NCBI GenBank assembly: GCA_951406725.2
Contig: OX597814.1
Coordinates: 210,676,001 to 210,740,000 of the forward strand
Length of the DNA stretch: 64,000 nucleotides
DNA from: Octopus vulgaris
Lineage: Eukaryota
Direction: 5' to 3'
Shown here: positions 46,060 through 57,926 of the stretch, piece after piece
Layout: each line of letters begins with the position of its first letter
Numbering within the stretch: the first letter of the stretch is position 1
Translations under genes and position numbers: made by a program
Notes under the pieces: model-generated
The model's database searches: none
What the model was told of the DNA's origin: nothing
The model's input: only the letters and a program-made list of their open reading frames with translations

Positions 46060-46370
46060 ATTGAATGGGAAACGATGCCCCACCCACCATATTCTCGGGA
46101 CATTGCACCATATGATTATCATTTATTCTGCAGTTTCCAAAATCATTTGGATAGAAAAATATGAATTCAGTAGACGATTTCAGAACAGTACTGGAGGAGT
46201 ATTTTCATCACATACAATTGAATTTTGGAAATCTACCAGAAAGATGGAAGGCACATGTGGAAAATGAAGGACAGTATATTTCAGATAAAAAAAAGAACTC
46301 GGCTTATCTTAATTTTGAAGAATAAAAGAAGTATAAAAATCCACATTATTTATGGAATGATATACAAAAT
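46060..46370 (+). mobile_element. 3' fragment of a mariner element
   Basis: Translates IEWETMPHPPYSRDIAPYDYHLFCSFQNHL...LPERWKAHVENEGQYISD (YSPDLAPSDYHLF motif and C-terminus). Confidence 0.85.
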
Positions 46371-46385
46371 ATGTGGATATATGTA

Positions 46386-47590
46386 TCAGGTCATTAACAA
46401 TGAAATGTCCAATTTTCTTTTGCGCAAATTTGACAGTAATTAATATTAATGTTTTATCCTGACAATACTTTGTTTTCGAAATGCAATATATTGTGTGTGA
46501 TTATTTTGTCAATTTTCTCTTGTAACTCAATTGTTTTTTTAATCCATGCATAGACAAAAAATTCGTGTTATTATGAATATATGTTCCGTTGTGTAACAAA
46601 TACATTCCAGTGAGCTTGAAACATCAATGAGTTGTCTGCTGAAGATGAGCGGATAAGCACACTGTACGCCGAAAGTTTAAAAAGTTCCGGTCTGGTGACT
46701 ATATTCTTGAAAATCAGCCCCCTGGTAGGTCTTACACCAAAGTGGGCAATAATGAGTCGGAAAAAGTAGTGGAACCGTATACATCTCAAACTACGCGTGA
46801 ATTAGCAGAAAAGGTTTGATATTTCGATTCCAACTGCATTGGATCATCAGAAACAAATCGACAAGGTAAAGAAGCTGGAAAAATGGGTACCACACGAACA
46901 TCAAAAGACTCGTCGTCTTGGAACTTGCTGTTCGCTCCTGTCACGGATTAAAGTGAATACTTATTGCATCGTATTGTTACGTGATGAAAAATGGATTCTT
47001 TTCAACCATAACAAGCATTCTGCACGGTGGCCGGATAGAGACGAAGTGCCGAAACACAATCGAAAAAAGAATAGCCACCAAGAAAAAAGCTAATAGTGTA
47101 TGTTTGGTGGTCTAGCGCTGGTGTCATACACTACAGCTCCATGAGAGTTGGTCAATTACCACGGATCTATGGATCAACCAATTGGATGAAATGATGAGTG
47201 AACTTGCAAACAACCGAGATTGGTCAACGCTCTCGCAAGACAATGTTCGACCACATGTAGCACAAAGAAACGTACTGAAGTTACAGGAACTGAACATGGA
47301 GGTACTCTGTCATCCATCATATTCATCATATTCACGTTTTCCAGGCATTAGACAAATGTTGCAAAGAAAATTCTTCAAAGCTGAAAAAGCTGCAACACAG
47401 CATTTCCTGACATCATCTCCTCTTGATCTCCAGAATTCTTCGCTCCCGGCATAAATAAGCTTGCGATAAAAATGCAAAATTGTGTTGATAATTTGGGGTG
47501 CATACTTTGATTAACTGCATTACTTTTTGTTGAGATAAATTAAAATAAACTATCAGTTCAAAATCAGACATTACATTCAAAATGACCTGC
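46386..47590 (+). mobile_element. Decayed full-span mariner element (second family)
   Basis: Degenerate TIRs ([T/G]CAGGTCATT...AATG[A/T]AATGTC) flanked by TA at 46384-46385 and 47591-47592; motifs KKLEKWVPHE, RDEKWILF, SQDNVRPHVA, HPSYS. Confidence 0.88.
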
Positions 47591-47774
47591 TATGTATGTA
47601 TGTATGTATGCATGCATGTGTGTATGTATGTATATATGTATGTATGTCATTGTGGCATATTTGCATATACTGCAGCCATGCATATGAAACTCGCCGAGTT
47701 ACCAAAAGCATGCGTTTTCATTAATTATTAAATCTAAGACGCCAACCTAGAAGAACAGTTATAGCGCTGTTAAA

Positions 47775-47860
47775 AAATAAGTATCAATCGAACCCTGAGA
47801 TCGATGTAATCGACTATCCGCCTCCACCGAAACTTCAGACCTTGTGCTTATAGAAATGAT
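47775..47860 (+). mobile_element. 3' fragment of a group B SINE
   Basis: AATAAGTATCAATCGAACCCTGAGATCGATGTAATCGACT...GACCTTGTGCTTATAG. Confidence 0.65.
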
Positions 47861-47872
47861 TACTTGCTTGAC

Positions 47873-48400
<528 letters not shown>

Positions 48401-48528
48401 TCTGTGCCTCTGTGTTTGTCTGCATGCCTGCCTGTCTTTTTCTCTTTCTTAGTGTTCGCCTAAAAGAATTTAATATGCAAAATACTACCTGAAATATATA
48501 AACTTCATAATATTTTAGACACACATGC

Positions 48529-48561
<33 letters not shown>

Positions 48562-49509
48562 CATATTTATTAAAGTATGCGTATATGTGTGCTCGTGTGT
48601 GGGTTTGTGTGTGTGCGCGCACCCGGTGTTCATACACTATTCCGTATCGCCTGAGTGACTTATGCTAATTGTTTTTAGGAAGGAAGTTCCTAGATGTATT
48701 TGCAATGTGTATATTGCGACGTTTGAGATAATATTGTTTTTAAACACTCATTTCATAAAAGAAAACCTTACCAAAGTAATAAGTTTCTTTATATTTTTAT
48801 TACTTTTGAAAAATATATGTTCGCGAAATAGCGGATATGAGTGAAATTTATATATCTCGAACCATCCCTGTGATGTTGCCAAAAGAAGCATGACAATTTT
48901 TAATTTCTTCATTTACAGGATAGAAACAAAGAAATGGAATTACTGTAGCTTGGCGTCTTCTTATTTTACACGCGAGCATGCATGAAATCTTTGTACAGAA
49001 TTTGATAATTTTCTTATTGAAAAATATTCATCAACATTCTCAACAATGCATCTTCACTCCGTTAACTACCTTTGTATTAAATAACTGCCTTACACATATT
49101 TTCTGCGCTGTTGCATAACTTACTAGATATTCCAGCCGAAAGCCTTCAAAATGTATCTTAAAAGAGCATGATACATTGGATTATGTAGTTTAAAATATAC
49201 ATAAGATGTCTACATCGGAATGTCTTTCCCTCTATAAAACCCAGTGAACCAATGTTAATGGTAGCAGCAAACTATCGTTAACATTTGTAAGTCATTTTTA
49301 AAGAAGTCATTTGATACTTCAAAATAAAAGTTATGTCTAAGTACTAAGTATTTTCTTTCATAAACATCCAAGCTTGCTAGTAAATTAACCACCTACTAGT
49401 AAGCAGGTAGGTCAGTTCACTAGGTCAGTCAGTTGCTAGGCATTACAGTCAATTTGTCTGCAAACACACGCTACTTACCAGTGCAATAATGAAAGAAGAT
49501 AGAAAATAT

Positions 49510-49744
49510 ATATTTCTTTACTACCCACAAGGGGCTAAACACAGAGAGGCACAAACAAGGACAGACAAACGGATTAAGTCAATTATATCGACTCCAGTGC
49601 GTATCTGGTACTTATTTAATCGATCCTGAAAGGATGAAAGGCAAAGTCGACCTCGGCAGAATTTGAACTCAGAACTTAACGGCAGACGAAATACCGCTAA
49701 GCATTTCGCCTGGCGTGCTAACGTTTCTGCCAGCTTGCCGCCTT
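49510..49744 (-). mobile_element. Group B SINE, full-length monomer with 18-bp TSD
   Basis: Head GGCGGCAAGCTGGCAGAAACGTTAGCACGCC, Nin-like core, tail AGCCCCTTGTGGGTAGTAAAGAAA; TSD AAAGAA[G/T]ATAGAAAATAT at 49492-49509 and 49745-49762. Confidence 0.93.
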
Positions 49745-50447
49745 AAAGAATATAGAAAATATCGAATGATATTCATTCATTATAACTTGGAAAATTCGAT
49801 GTGTCATGAGTGCTTCTCATTTGCTCACAGGACATTAACAGAAAGTCCGCTTTCACTCTTTAGTCACTTATACAATGGCTATATTAAGATGATAAAATAT
49901 ATAGCAATACTTTATATAAGCATCGCTATTGTCATTTAGTTGTTTACTAACGTTCATCACTTTGCATGAATTTGTTAATCTAGGAATTTCTTTAAGCATT
50001 AGCTGTCACCAATTACCACTAAGACTTTGTTTAGTTTGTAAATTTGCAAAGAGCTCTGCTTGATCATTAAACGGCAACAAACGTGTTTAAACTCGTAAAT
50101 TCACAGTAGTATCAATGCCACATAAGTTTGTGCTCATTTTGAAAAATTCGAAAAATTTGATTTAGAATTGCCTCCGTGTTTCTTTAGCCGTATGTTAAAA
50201 TAGATGAGTTTCATCTGGGGTACCTGGTCGTGCGTTTTATTTTGTGCGTGCGTATTTGCACGCGTGCATATGTGTCGAGGACATGTCTGTGTGTTTGTGA
50301 ATGTGTGCGTAAATAACCAGATCGTATAAGTTCAAGGAATCATCTTAACATTTCTTGTATGGCTTTCTATTTAATAAGATGGACTGAACTACCAGTGAAT
50401 ATAATACGTACCTAAAATGTCTGAAATGACTCTTTTATGACACAAAA

Positions 50448-50526
<79 letters not shown>

Positions 50527-51269
50527 GTATGCACGAACATATACATACATACATATATACACAAATATGCGCACACATAGACACATATGTGTACGTGTTT
50601 AGGAACGCGTATGTGCTTTGCATGTATGTGTGTCTCGAAGACATACATGTGTATTTTCTTATCGGATGTAGAATATTTGGGCCACCTGATGTTGCAGATG
50701 TTAATTGTTACATACAATTATCTCTTGAAATATATGAGAAGGTTAATGGCCATGAATGTAAAACCTCCATCTTTACTCATGTACTGTGCTATTCATTGAA
50801 TTACGCATTTGTGTCTCAAAATGTCTGAATGTTAATGATAAGCAGCTGGATTAGCGTAGTTGATTGATTTCCATATTTCACTTGCTATCACAACTAAAAT
50901 AGTTCAGTTGTTCACCTTTAACCTTACTAGAGGGAATAAATTGTTAGTCCATTAATGGCCTTTTGTCATTTTATGGAACATTAACAATGAATTTCAAAGA
51001 GAAAATATATTTCTAATAATGCTTTCTTAGATTGGCAGTAAGCCATACATTAAAAGAGAGGAATGTAGTGCCGATTGAACTGACATCCAATATAATATTT
51101 TAGTGAAAGCAGCAAAGCCAACTTAGGCAGAATTTGAACGCACACCATAATGCAGCAGCTAAATCCTGCAAGGGATCTCGTCTTATATTCTGTAGATATT
51201 GCCTCATTGTTGAAATTAAAATTACTGTCTTCTAATATTGGTGTTAAATTTTATCACAAGTTCCGCTAT

Positions 51270-51435
51270 TTCGATTACATCAGCTACAGCGCTCACTTAT
51301 ACTTATTTTATCGACTCCGATGAGATGCAAGAAAAACTCAACCTCGGTGAAGTTTGAAACCAGAACGTAAACACGGACGAGATGCCGCTAAGCATTCCTC
51401 CCGCCGTGCGAATGTTTCCGTCCGCTCTCCGCTCC
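51270..51435 (-). mobile_element. Diverged group B SINE
   Basis: Reverse complement AATGCTTAGCGGCATCTCGTCCGTGTTTACGTTCTG...CACCGAGGTTGAG...GGAGTCGATAAAATAAGTA. Confidence 0.75.
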
Positions 51436-51605
51436 ACTGCCAACATCTCATAGAATATCTTTATATCTCATAGAATCTCTACAATGAACACCATAAGACA
51501 ATTTATCTGGCGCGTAAAAGTTGTGTCCGTACGACTCTCATTAATACATCAGTAATAACAAGGATTGCCAAGCATGGGTACACAGCCAAACATATATATA
51601 TATAT

Positions 51606-51800
51606 GGTCCACTCAATATGTGACCACGTGGCGATTTTTTTCTCCGTCTTCTCTTCCTTTTCCTATGTTTCTGACGAAAAGCTCCGCTCGAAACGTTGAA
51701 AATCCTCATTCTTTCTTTCCTTTTCCGAGCGTCCAATAACACTATACTTGTTCCACGTCCTCCGTTGTTGTGTGTTCTCTTTGTGTTTTCCTCTTTGTTC
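51606..51800 (+). mobile_element. Short hammerhead-bearing repeat (probable Penelope-like pLTR fragment) after (TA)n
   Basis: 51667-51701 reads GTTT-CTGACGA-A-AAGC-TCC-GCTC-GAAA-CG-TT-GAAA with a canonical core; homologous to the 6491 and 57003 copies. Confidence 0.8.
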
Positions 51801-52152
51801 TCTTACTTTATTATCATCTTATAATCATCTCATAATAATTGCTTTTATGACTCTTATTACTACCTCAGTCATTCTAAATATATATATTTGTCGTTACCCG
51901 TCATAAATAGCCTTTTTTACTTGCAATGTGTATTTTCGTTGATTTTTCATATTTTACCCCTATATATATATATAGGGAGCTATACGACCACAATGATATA
52001 AAGCGTCTGTCGGGGAGCATGACATGCACATGTAATATTCGAAAACTTCAACTTGCACCTCCTAAAAGAGTACACTTGGTAACATAACAAGCATTGCTAT
52101 TGGTCATGTACTGTTTTAATTAACGAATTTAATAGAATTATATATAAATATA

Positions 52153-52317
52153 GGCGTAGGAGTGGCTGTATAGTAAGTAGTTTGCTAACCAACCACATGG
52201 CTCCGGGTTCAGTCCCACTGCGTGGAATCTTGGGCAAGTGTCTTCTGCTATAGCCCGGGGCCGACCAAAGCCTTCTGAGTGGATTTGGTAGACGGAAACT
52301 GAAAGAAGCCTGTCGTA

Positions 52318-52383
<66 letters not shown>

Positions 52384-52607
52384 TGTATGTATGTGTGTGT
52401 GTGTTTGTGTGTCTGTGTTTGTCCCCCTAGCATTGCTTGACAACCGATGCTGGTGTGGTTTACGTCCCCGTCACTTAGCGGTTCGGCCAAAACAGACCGA
52501 TAGAATAAGTACTGGGCTTACAAAGAATAAGTCTCGGTGTCGATTTGCTCGACTAAAGGCGGTGCTCCCGCATGGCCGCAGTCAAATGATTGAAACAAGT
52601 AAAAGGG
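52153..52607 (+). mobile_element. Group A SINE, full length
   Basis: Head GGCGTAGGAGTGGCTGTATAGTAAG...GGGTTCAGTCCC, internal (TA)n(TG)n, CR1-like tail; possible low-complexity TSD TAAATATA at 52145-52152 and 52608-52615. Confidence 0.93.
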
Positions 52608-53046
52608 TAAATATATACAAATTAATTATATAATAATATATGTAATTATTTGAATAAATTATATAATAATTAAAGACAATTTTCAAAACGCAATACCCAT
52701 ATATGTAAATGATAATTCTCAATGTACCGGTCACACGCCGCAATGATTCAAGTCAAAGCGTGAATAGAGATAAATAAATAGATGGAGTCATTTTCTGTTG
52801 GAAACGTCATATTCAAAATCATTATGTATTATACAAATGTTTTCTAAGCAAGTTATGGCCTTTCAAAAAACAATTACTTCTGAGATAAGAGCAAAGCTGC
52901 AAATACTGTGACGTACATGGTTACAACTGATTTCCACAAAGTAGTGAGAGTTCTTGTATCCTTCTAATTATGTATCTGAAGAATCAAACACACCTACGCA
53001 CATGCATAAAAGCATACATACATACATACACATATACAAACATATG

Positions 53047-53113
<67 letters not shown>

Positions 53114-53114
53114 C

Positions 53115-53280
53115 AGCATTTCCTATGTCTTTACGTTCTGAGTACAAATTCCACCGAGGGCGAATTTACCTTTCATCATTTCGTGATCGAAAATTAAGTA
53201 CCATTTACGCACTGGGGTCGATGTAATCGATTATCTTCCTACCTCAAATAACAAGCCTTGTGCCTATAGTAGAAAGGATT
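53115..53280 (+). mobile_element. Group B SINE, 5'-truncated
   Basis: TTACGTTCTGAGTACAAATTCCACCGAGG...CCTTTCATC...TTAAGTACC...CACTGGGGTCGATGTAATCGA...GCCTTGTGCCTATAGTAGAAAGG. Confidence 0.85.
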
Positions 53281-53284
53281 GTCA

Positions 53285-53712
53285 CAACAATATGTGCACG
53301 GCAGGGTAATCTCATATCAAGATAAACAGCACTTGACCTTGCAGGTGGGGCCCAGTTAGAATTTTTTCTGGTCGAATAACCCATCCCGCTGAAAAGGACC
53401 CTAAATAAAGGTTGTTTAAGGATGTTGAACTAACTACCCCTGTTTCCAGAGGTGAATTATTCAAACGGCAAAGAATCCCTCTCAAAACATGGCTATAATG
53501 CTCCCCCATTACTTCTGCTCGTGATCAATGATGCACATATCGTCAGCCATTAAGGGACATGGTAAACTACTTAAGGTCAAACAACCGACAAGTAAATCTG
53601 TGGTATTGAGCAGAATATTTGCTGTGGCCCATCTTTTATACCAAGACTTAACAACGCACATGATAACACTTCCAATCATTTAAGATCAGAAGCCACGGTA
53701 CTGCATCAGGGC

Positions 53713-53713
<1 letters not shown>
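53285..53713 (-). mobile_element. Unclassified interspersed repeat joined directly to an (AAT)n array
   Basis: GC-richer complex block whose minus-strand start (AAATGCCCTGATGCAGTACC) follows (AAT)n with no spacer; recalled as a common repeat but not verified. Confidence 0.45.
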
Positions 53714-54020
<307 letters not shown>

Positions 54021-54099
54021 GTTAAGATGAAGAGCGCGATTCGATTGTAATAGATATTTTATTGGTTGAATGATATTTCAACAGTACGCAAAATAAGAA

Positions 54100-55552
54100 G
54101 TGATAAAAATTCAAAATTATAGAAATCTAAACGTAGTGTATGAACGAGAGCAACCAGTGTCCACACGTTGATAGAATGTCATGATCAGTTTTTAAGTTTC
54201 AATTTTATAAAAGGCGAAAAAAAGACAGTAAAACAAAGAAATAGAAGACAACAGGAGAAAAAAAAAGAAAAAAGAGTAAAAGTAGAATATTTAATCAAAG
54301 ACTTTTGTTTAAATTTGATGGTATTCTCCTGCTATATTATTCATTCCTCCAGGACGTATATATTAATAACCCGCAAACATATTTCTTCTCATACAGTCTG
54401 AGTGAAGCAGATTCAGAATATTTTCTGAGAATATGCACTTTCAAGTCTTCTTCAAAATTGCAGCCGCTTGAAACGAAATGTTCAGCAAGTTCTGTCGAAC
54501 TACGGATATTGTGCCTGACGTCGAATCTGTGCCCATTAAACCTTTTGTTTAATTGTTCCGTTGCTCAACCCAACATCAATCAAATTCTGTTTCCTACATT
54601 CTGCAGCGCACACCAAATGGAAATCTCGACATGTCCCACCTCCTGTATAAATCATAACATTTCTGTTATGATTCCTGGTGGAATTCACTTCATTCACGTT
54701 GTTGTACAATGAACAGGGCTTACCTCTCTTGTGACTGTTCTTCAAAGTACAGCCTGCAGATACACCAATGTTCGTTTTATTGGAGTCAGAAAGAGAGGTC
54801 AGCAATTCTCTTATATTCTTATTCCGTCTAAATGGTACAATAGGCGGCTGAGGAAATATCTGTTTGAAACGGGGATATATTTTTGCCACATGCTGGTAAC
54901 ATTCATGCAACGCTTTCGAAATGCCAGCGAAATGTCGGTGCCAGTTAATCACTAAAGGAATTCTGTCATCCATTTATTGTATGGTGTTTGTTAAAATTAT
55001 GCGTGAAGGTTAGACTATCTTTGCTAATCCTAGCTATTTCATTTGCTATTTCCTTTAATCGTGATTCACTGTAACCGCATTTGGCACAATGATATACAAA
55101 AGCATTTGCATCGTTTCAGTAATCCTCTATGTCAGTACAAATCCGTTTTATCCTGAAAAGTTGGGATTTCGGATTTGACCAAATGAGATGATGTGGATGA
55201 TCGGAGCGGCTGTGGAGATAAATGTGGGATGACGTGGGCTTGGAAAATAACACTTTAGTGTTCAAAAATTCAACGCAGGTTTTTGAAAAGCTCGACGTAA
55301 ATTTTATGTTTGACTTAAAGCCATAGTTTCTAGCATAACCGTCACAAAAATGCAAGAAGTCCATTAAACTATCGTGTTATTCTTCCAAGATAAAAAAAAA
55401 AATGCGTCATCAATGAACCGTAACCAGGAGGGATTTGAATGTCTTCAGTAACTCAGTCTCGAATTTCAAAATTGCAGCTGCTTGAAACGAATTGTTCAGC
55501 AAGTTCTCTCGAACTAGTGTTATTGTGCTTGACGGCGAATCTGTGTGCGTTA
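54100..55552 (-). mobile_element. Decayed Penelope-like retroelement (RT C-half plus GIY-YIG endonuclease) with upstream partial tandem repeat
   Basis: WLRFIDD (RFIDD at 55420-55406), FLNT...KPT...YLH..S.HP.H...PKSQLFRIKRIC, RIPLV...PPIVPFRRNKNIRELL, and a GIY-YIG-like segment TC...LVCAAEC...IDVG...FNGHR...LAEHF. An 88-bp repeat lies at 54451-54538 and 55465-55552. Confidence 0.88.
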
Positions 55553-55555
55553 CTC

Positions 55556-55733
55556 TGTCGATGTTGGTGTGTTTATGTCCTCGAAACGTATCTGTTCGGC
55601 AAATGGAACCGATTGATTGAGTATTCGGCTTACAAAGAATAAGTTCCTGGGTCGATTTCTTCAACTAAAACCGTATAGGGTGATGCCCCTTAATGACCGT
55701 TCTCAAATGACTGACACGTGTAAAAGAAAGAAA

Positions 55734-55736
<3 letters not shown>
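55556..55736 (+). mobile_element. Group A SINE, 3' part
   Basis: GATGTTGGTGTGTTTATGTCC...GTTCGGCAAA...CTTACAAAGAATAAGTTCCTGGGTCGATTT...CAAATGACTGA. Confidence 0.8.
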
Positions 55737-55787
<51 letters not shown>

Positions 55788-55791
<4 letters not shown>

Positions 55792-55996
55792 CGATGCAGC
55801 ACGGATTTTTGTCAGTGAACATGTCGCAGTCTTAAAGCGACGAAAATATTTTGACAAATTAAACTTAAATGTTGAAGTGAATCGAACGGCTTTTGTGTGT
55901 TTCCTAAATGGCGTACAAACACCTTCAACGCTGCGATTGCTTTCGTTTCAGCGCACGATCTCAGATCAAATCACTTGCTATGCAAGTACATCTCCG

Positions 55997-55998
<2 letters not shown>
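55788..55998 (+). mobile_element. About 210-bp insert inside a (TA)n array carrying a hammerhead fold
   Basis: Complex sequence flanked on both sides by (TA)n; contains the motif at 55808-55858. Confidence 0.75.
55808..55858 (+). ncRNA. Putative minimal type I hammerhead ribozyme, G3-C8 core variant
   Basis: Stem I TTTGTCA/TGACAAA (7 bp); core GTGAACA (55815-55821); 1-nt bulge; stem II GTCGC/GCGAC; GAA; palindromic stem III AATATT (55845-55850); predicted cleavage after U55851. Confidence 0.7.
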
Positions 55999-56067
<69 letters not shown>

Positions 56068-56922
56068 CTCACTTTAAATAGCCTATTGTCTCATCACGTG
56101 AACTTTTGAAATTGTAGAAACTTTATATGCTGAAGCTGCATCAAGGCTAACAATGTATTATGGTAAACGCTGAAAAGAGAATGAGCTGCCTTATCCATTT
56201 TCTTCTTCGTTACATTCATCTCTTAATTTGAGTTATGCCCTCGAAGACCTTATCTAATGTGAACGAATTATAGTCGGTAGTATTTTGTATTTTATCTGGA
56301 TGAAAACTTGCGCAAATTAATTAATAGAGATCATGAAGTTTTATATGAATTGTAAATTAATTGTTTTGTCTTATACAAAACCAACATTTTTAAAGAAATA
56401 TTTTTTACCAGTCTTTGTAATTGAGCATCTCATATCTTCATTGGTTTCAGAATTTCTCTATTTATATGATCCTCTGAAAAACGATGACATTGTTTGTCAA
56501 ACTGTCATGTGTAGTGAGCGAGGTTACTTCTCTTTCATCCGAATCGCATCCATTAGCTCTCCTTAACTCTGTTCTATAGTTTGTGTAATGAGTCATGATT
56601 TAATGTATTGCAAAATTAAAACAATATGCTGCGATAAAGGGTAACATTAACAACAAAATATTTTTATCGTATTCAACTGGCTATTACTAATTATCTTGCT
56701 ATGATAGAGAGCGAATACGAAATAGATGAGCTCCCTCTTACTTGAGTCTTGAAATGGATTAGCTCCCTGTTACTTGAGAATAATTCTTGTTTTTTTTTCT
56801 TTGAAAGCATTTTTAGGAATTTTGATTTTCTTTAGCCCAAGGTCGTTCCTTACGGTGCACCAGATTGATTAAATGAATATCAAACAAGAACATAATATTT
56901 TCGTTGTATATAAGACACTACG

Positions 56923-57002
<80 letters not shown>

Positions 57003-57005
<3 letters not shown>

Positions 57006-57160
57006 GTGACCTTTCAAAATGTGACCTTTCAAAGTGTGACCTCGTGCGTACCGTTCGCGATTTTTTTCCCTCTGTCTTCCCTTCTCTGGATCTTTCCTTC
57101 TCCTATGTTTCCGACGAAGAGCTCCGCTCGAAACGATAGACCCTCCTTCTTTCCTTCTTT
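57003..57160 (+). mobile_element. Short hammerhead-bearing repeat between two (TA)n arrays
   Basis: 57107-57141 reads GTTT-CCGACGA-A-GAGC-TCC-GCTC-GAAA-CG-AT-AGAC; the 5' end carries a 15-bp tandem repeat (TGTGACCTTTCAAA[A/G]). Confidence 0.78.
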
Positions 57161-57165
57161 ATATA

Positions 57166-57215
<50 letters not shown>

Positions 57216-57231
57216 CATATATGTATGTATG

Positions 57232-57459
57232 TATATATGTCTGTGTCTTTTTGCTTGTGTTTGTCCCCACGTCACAGCTTGACAACCGGTGTTGCTGTGT
57301 TTACGCACCTGTAACTTAGTGGTTCGGATAAATAGACCGGTAGAATTAGGACTAGTCTTTACAAAAAAAAACAAACAAAAGTCATAGGGTCAATTTGTTC
57401 GACTAGAGATGGTGCTCCAGCATGCCCGCAGTCGAACGACTGAAACAAGTAAAAGAATA
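57232..57459 (+). mobile_element. Group A SINE, 3' half
   Basis: GTGTTTGTCCCC...GCTTGACAACCG...GTAACTTAGTGGTTCGG...GGTGCTCCAGCATGCCCGCAGTCGAACGACTGAAACAAGTAAAAG. Confidence 0.88.
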
Positions 57460-57537
57460 TAGGAATATATACTAATATGGCTTAGAGTTGTAATTCGTAT
57501 TACGTTTGTTTAATCTTTTAATCTATAGCTCCAATTT

Positions 57538-57926
57538 GTGGAGGCGCAATGGCCCAGTGGTTAGGGCAGCGGACTCGAGGTCATAGGATCGTGGTTTCGA
57601 TTCCCAGACCGGGCGTTGTGAGTGTTTATTGAGCGAAAAACACCTAAAGCTCCACGAGGCTCCGGCAGGGGATGGTGGTGATCCCTGCTGTACTCTTTCA
57701 CCACAACTTTCTCTCACTCTTACTTCCTGTTTCTGTTGTACCTGTATTTCAAAGGACCGGCCTTGTCACTCTCTGTGTCACGCTGAATATCCCCGAGAAC
57801 TACGTTAACGGTACACGTGTCTGTGGAGTGCTCAGCCACTTACACGTTAATTTCACGAGCAGGCTGTTCCGTCGATTCGGATCAACCGGAACCCTCGTCG
57901 TTGTAACCGACGGAGTGCTAAGAGAG
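57538..57926 (+). mobile_element. tRNA-derived SINE, group C, tail type 1, full length with perfect 11-bp TSD
   Basis: A-box TGGCCCAGTGG, B-box GGTTTCGATTCCC; TSD AGCTCCAATTT at 57527-57537 and 57927-57937. Confidence 0.95.

Noticed and set aside
48900-48990. Plus-strand acceptor ttcttcatttacag|G
   Set aside because: No matching donor or supported reading frame; isolated acceptor-like sites are common in AT-rich DNA.
55116-55118. In-frame TGA in the Penelope-like ORF as possible selenocysteine
   Set aside because: The copy is frameshifted and decayed, the site is not in an evident Cys motif, and I saw no SECIS; a nonsense mutation is simpler.
57538-57615. tRNA gene (also the heads near 34755-34831 and 52153)
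   Set aside because: The tRNA-like A and B boxes continue into SINE body and tail within TSDs, so these are SINE heads.
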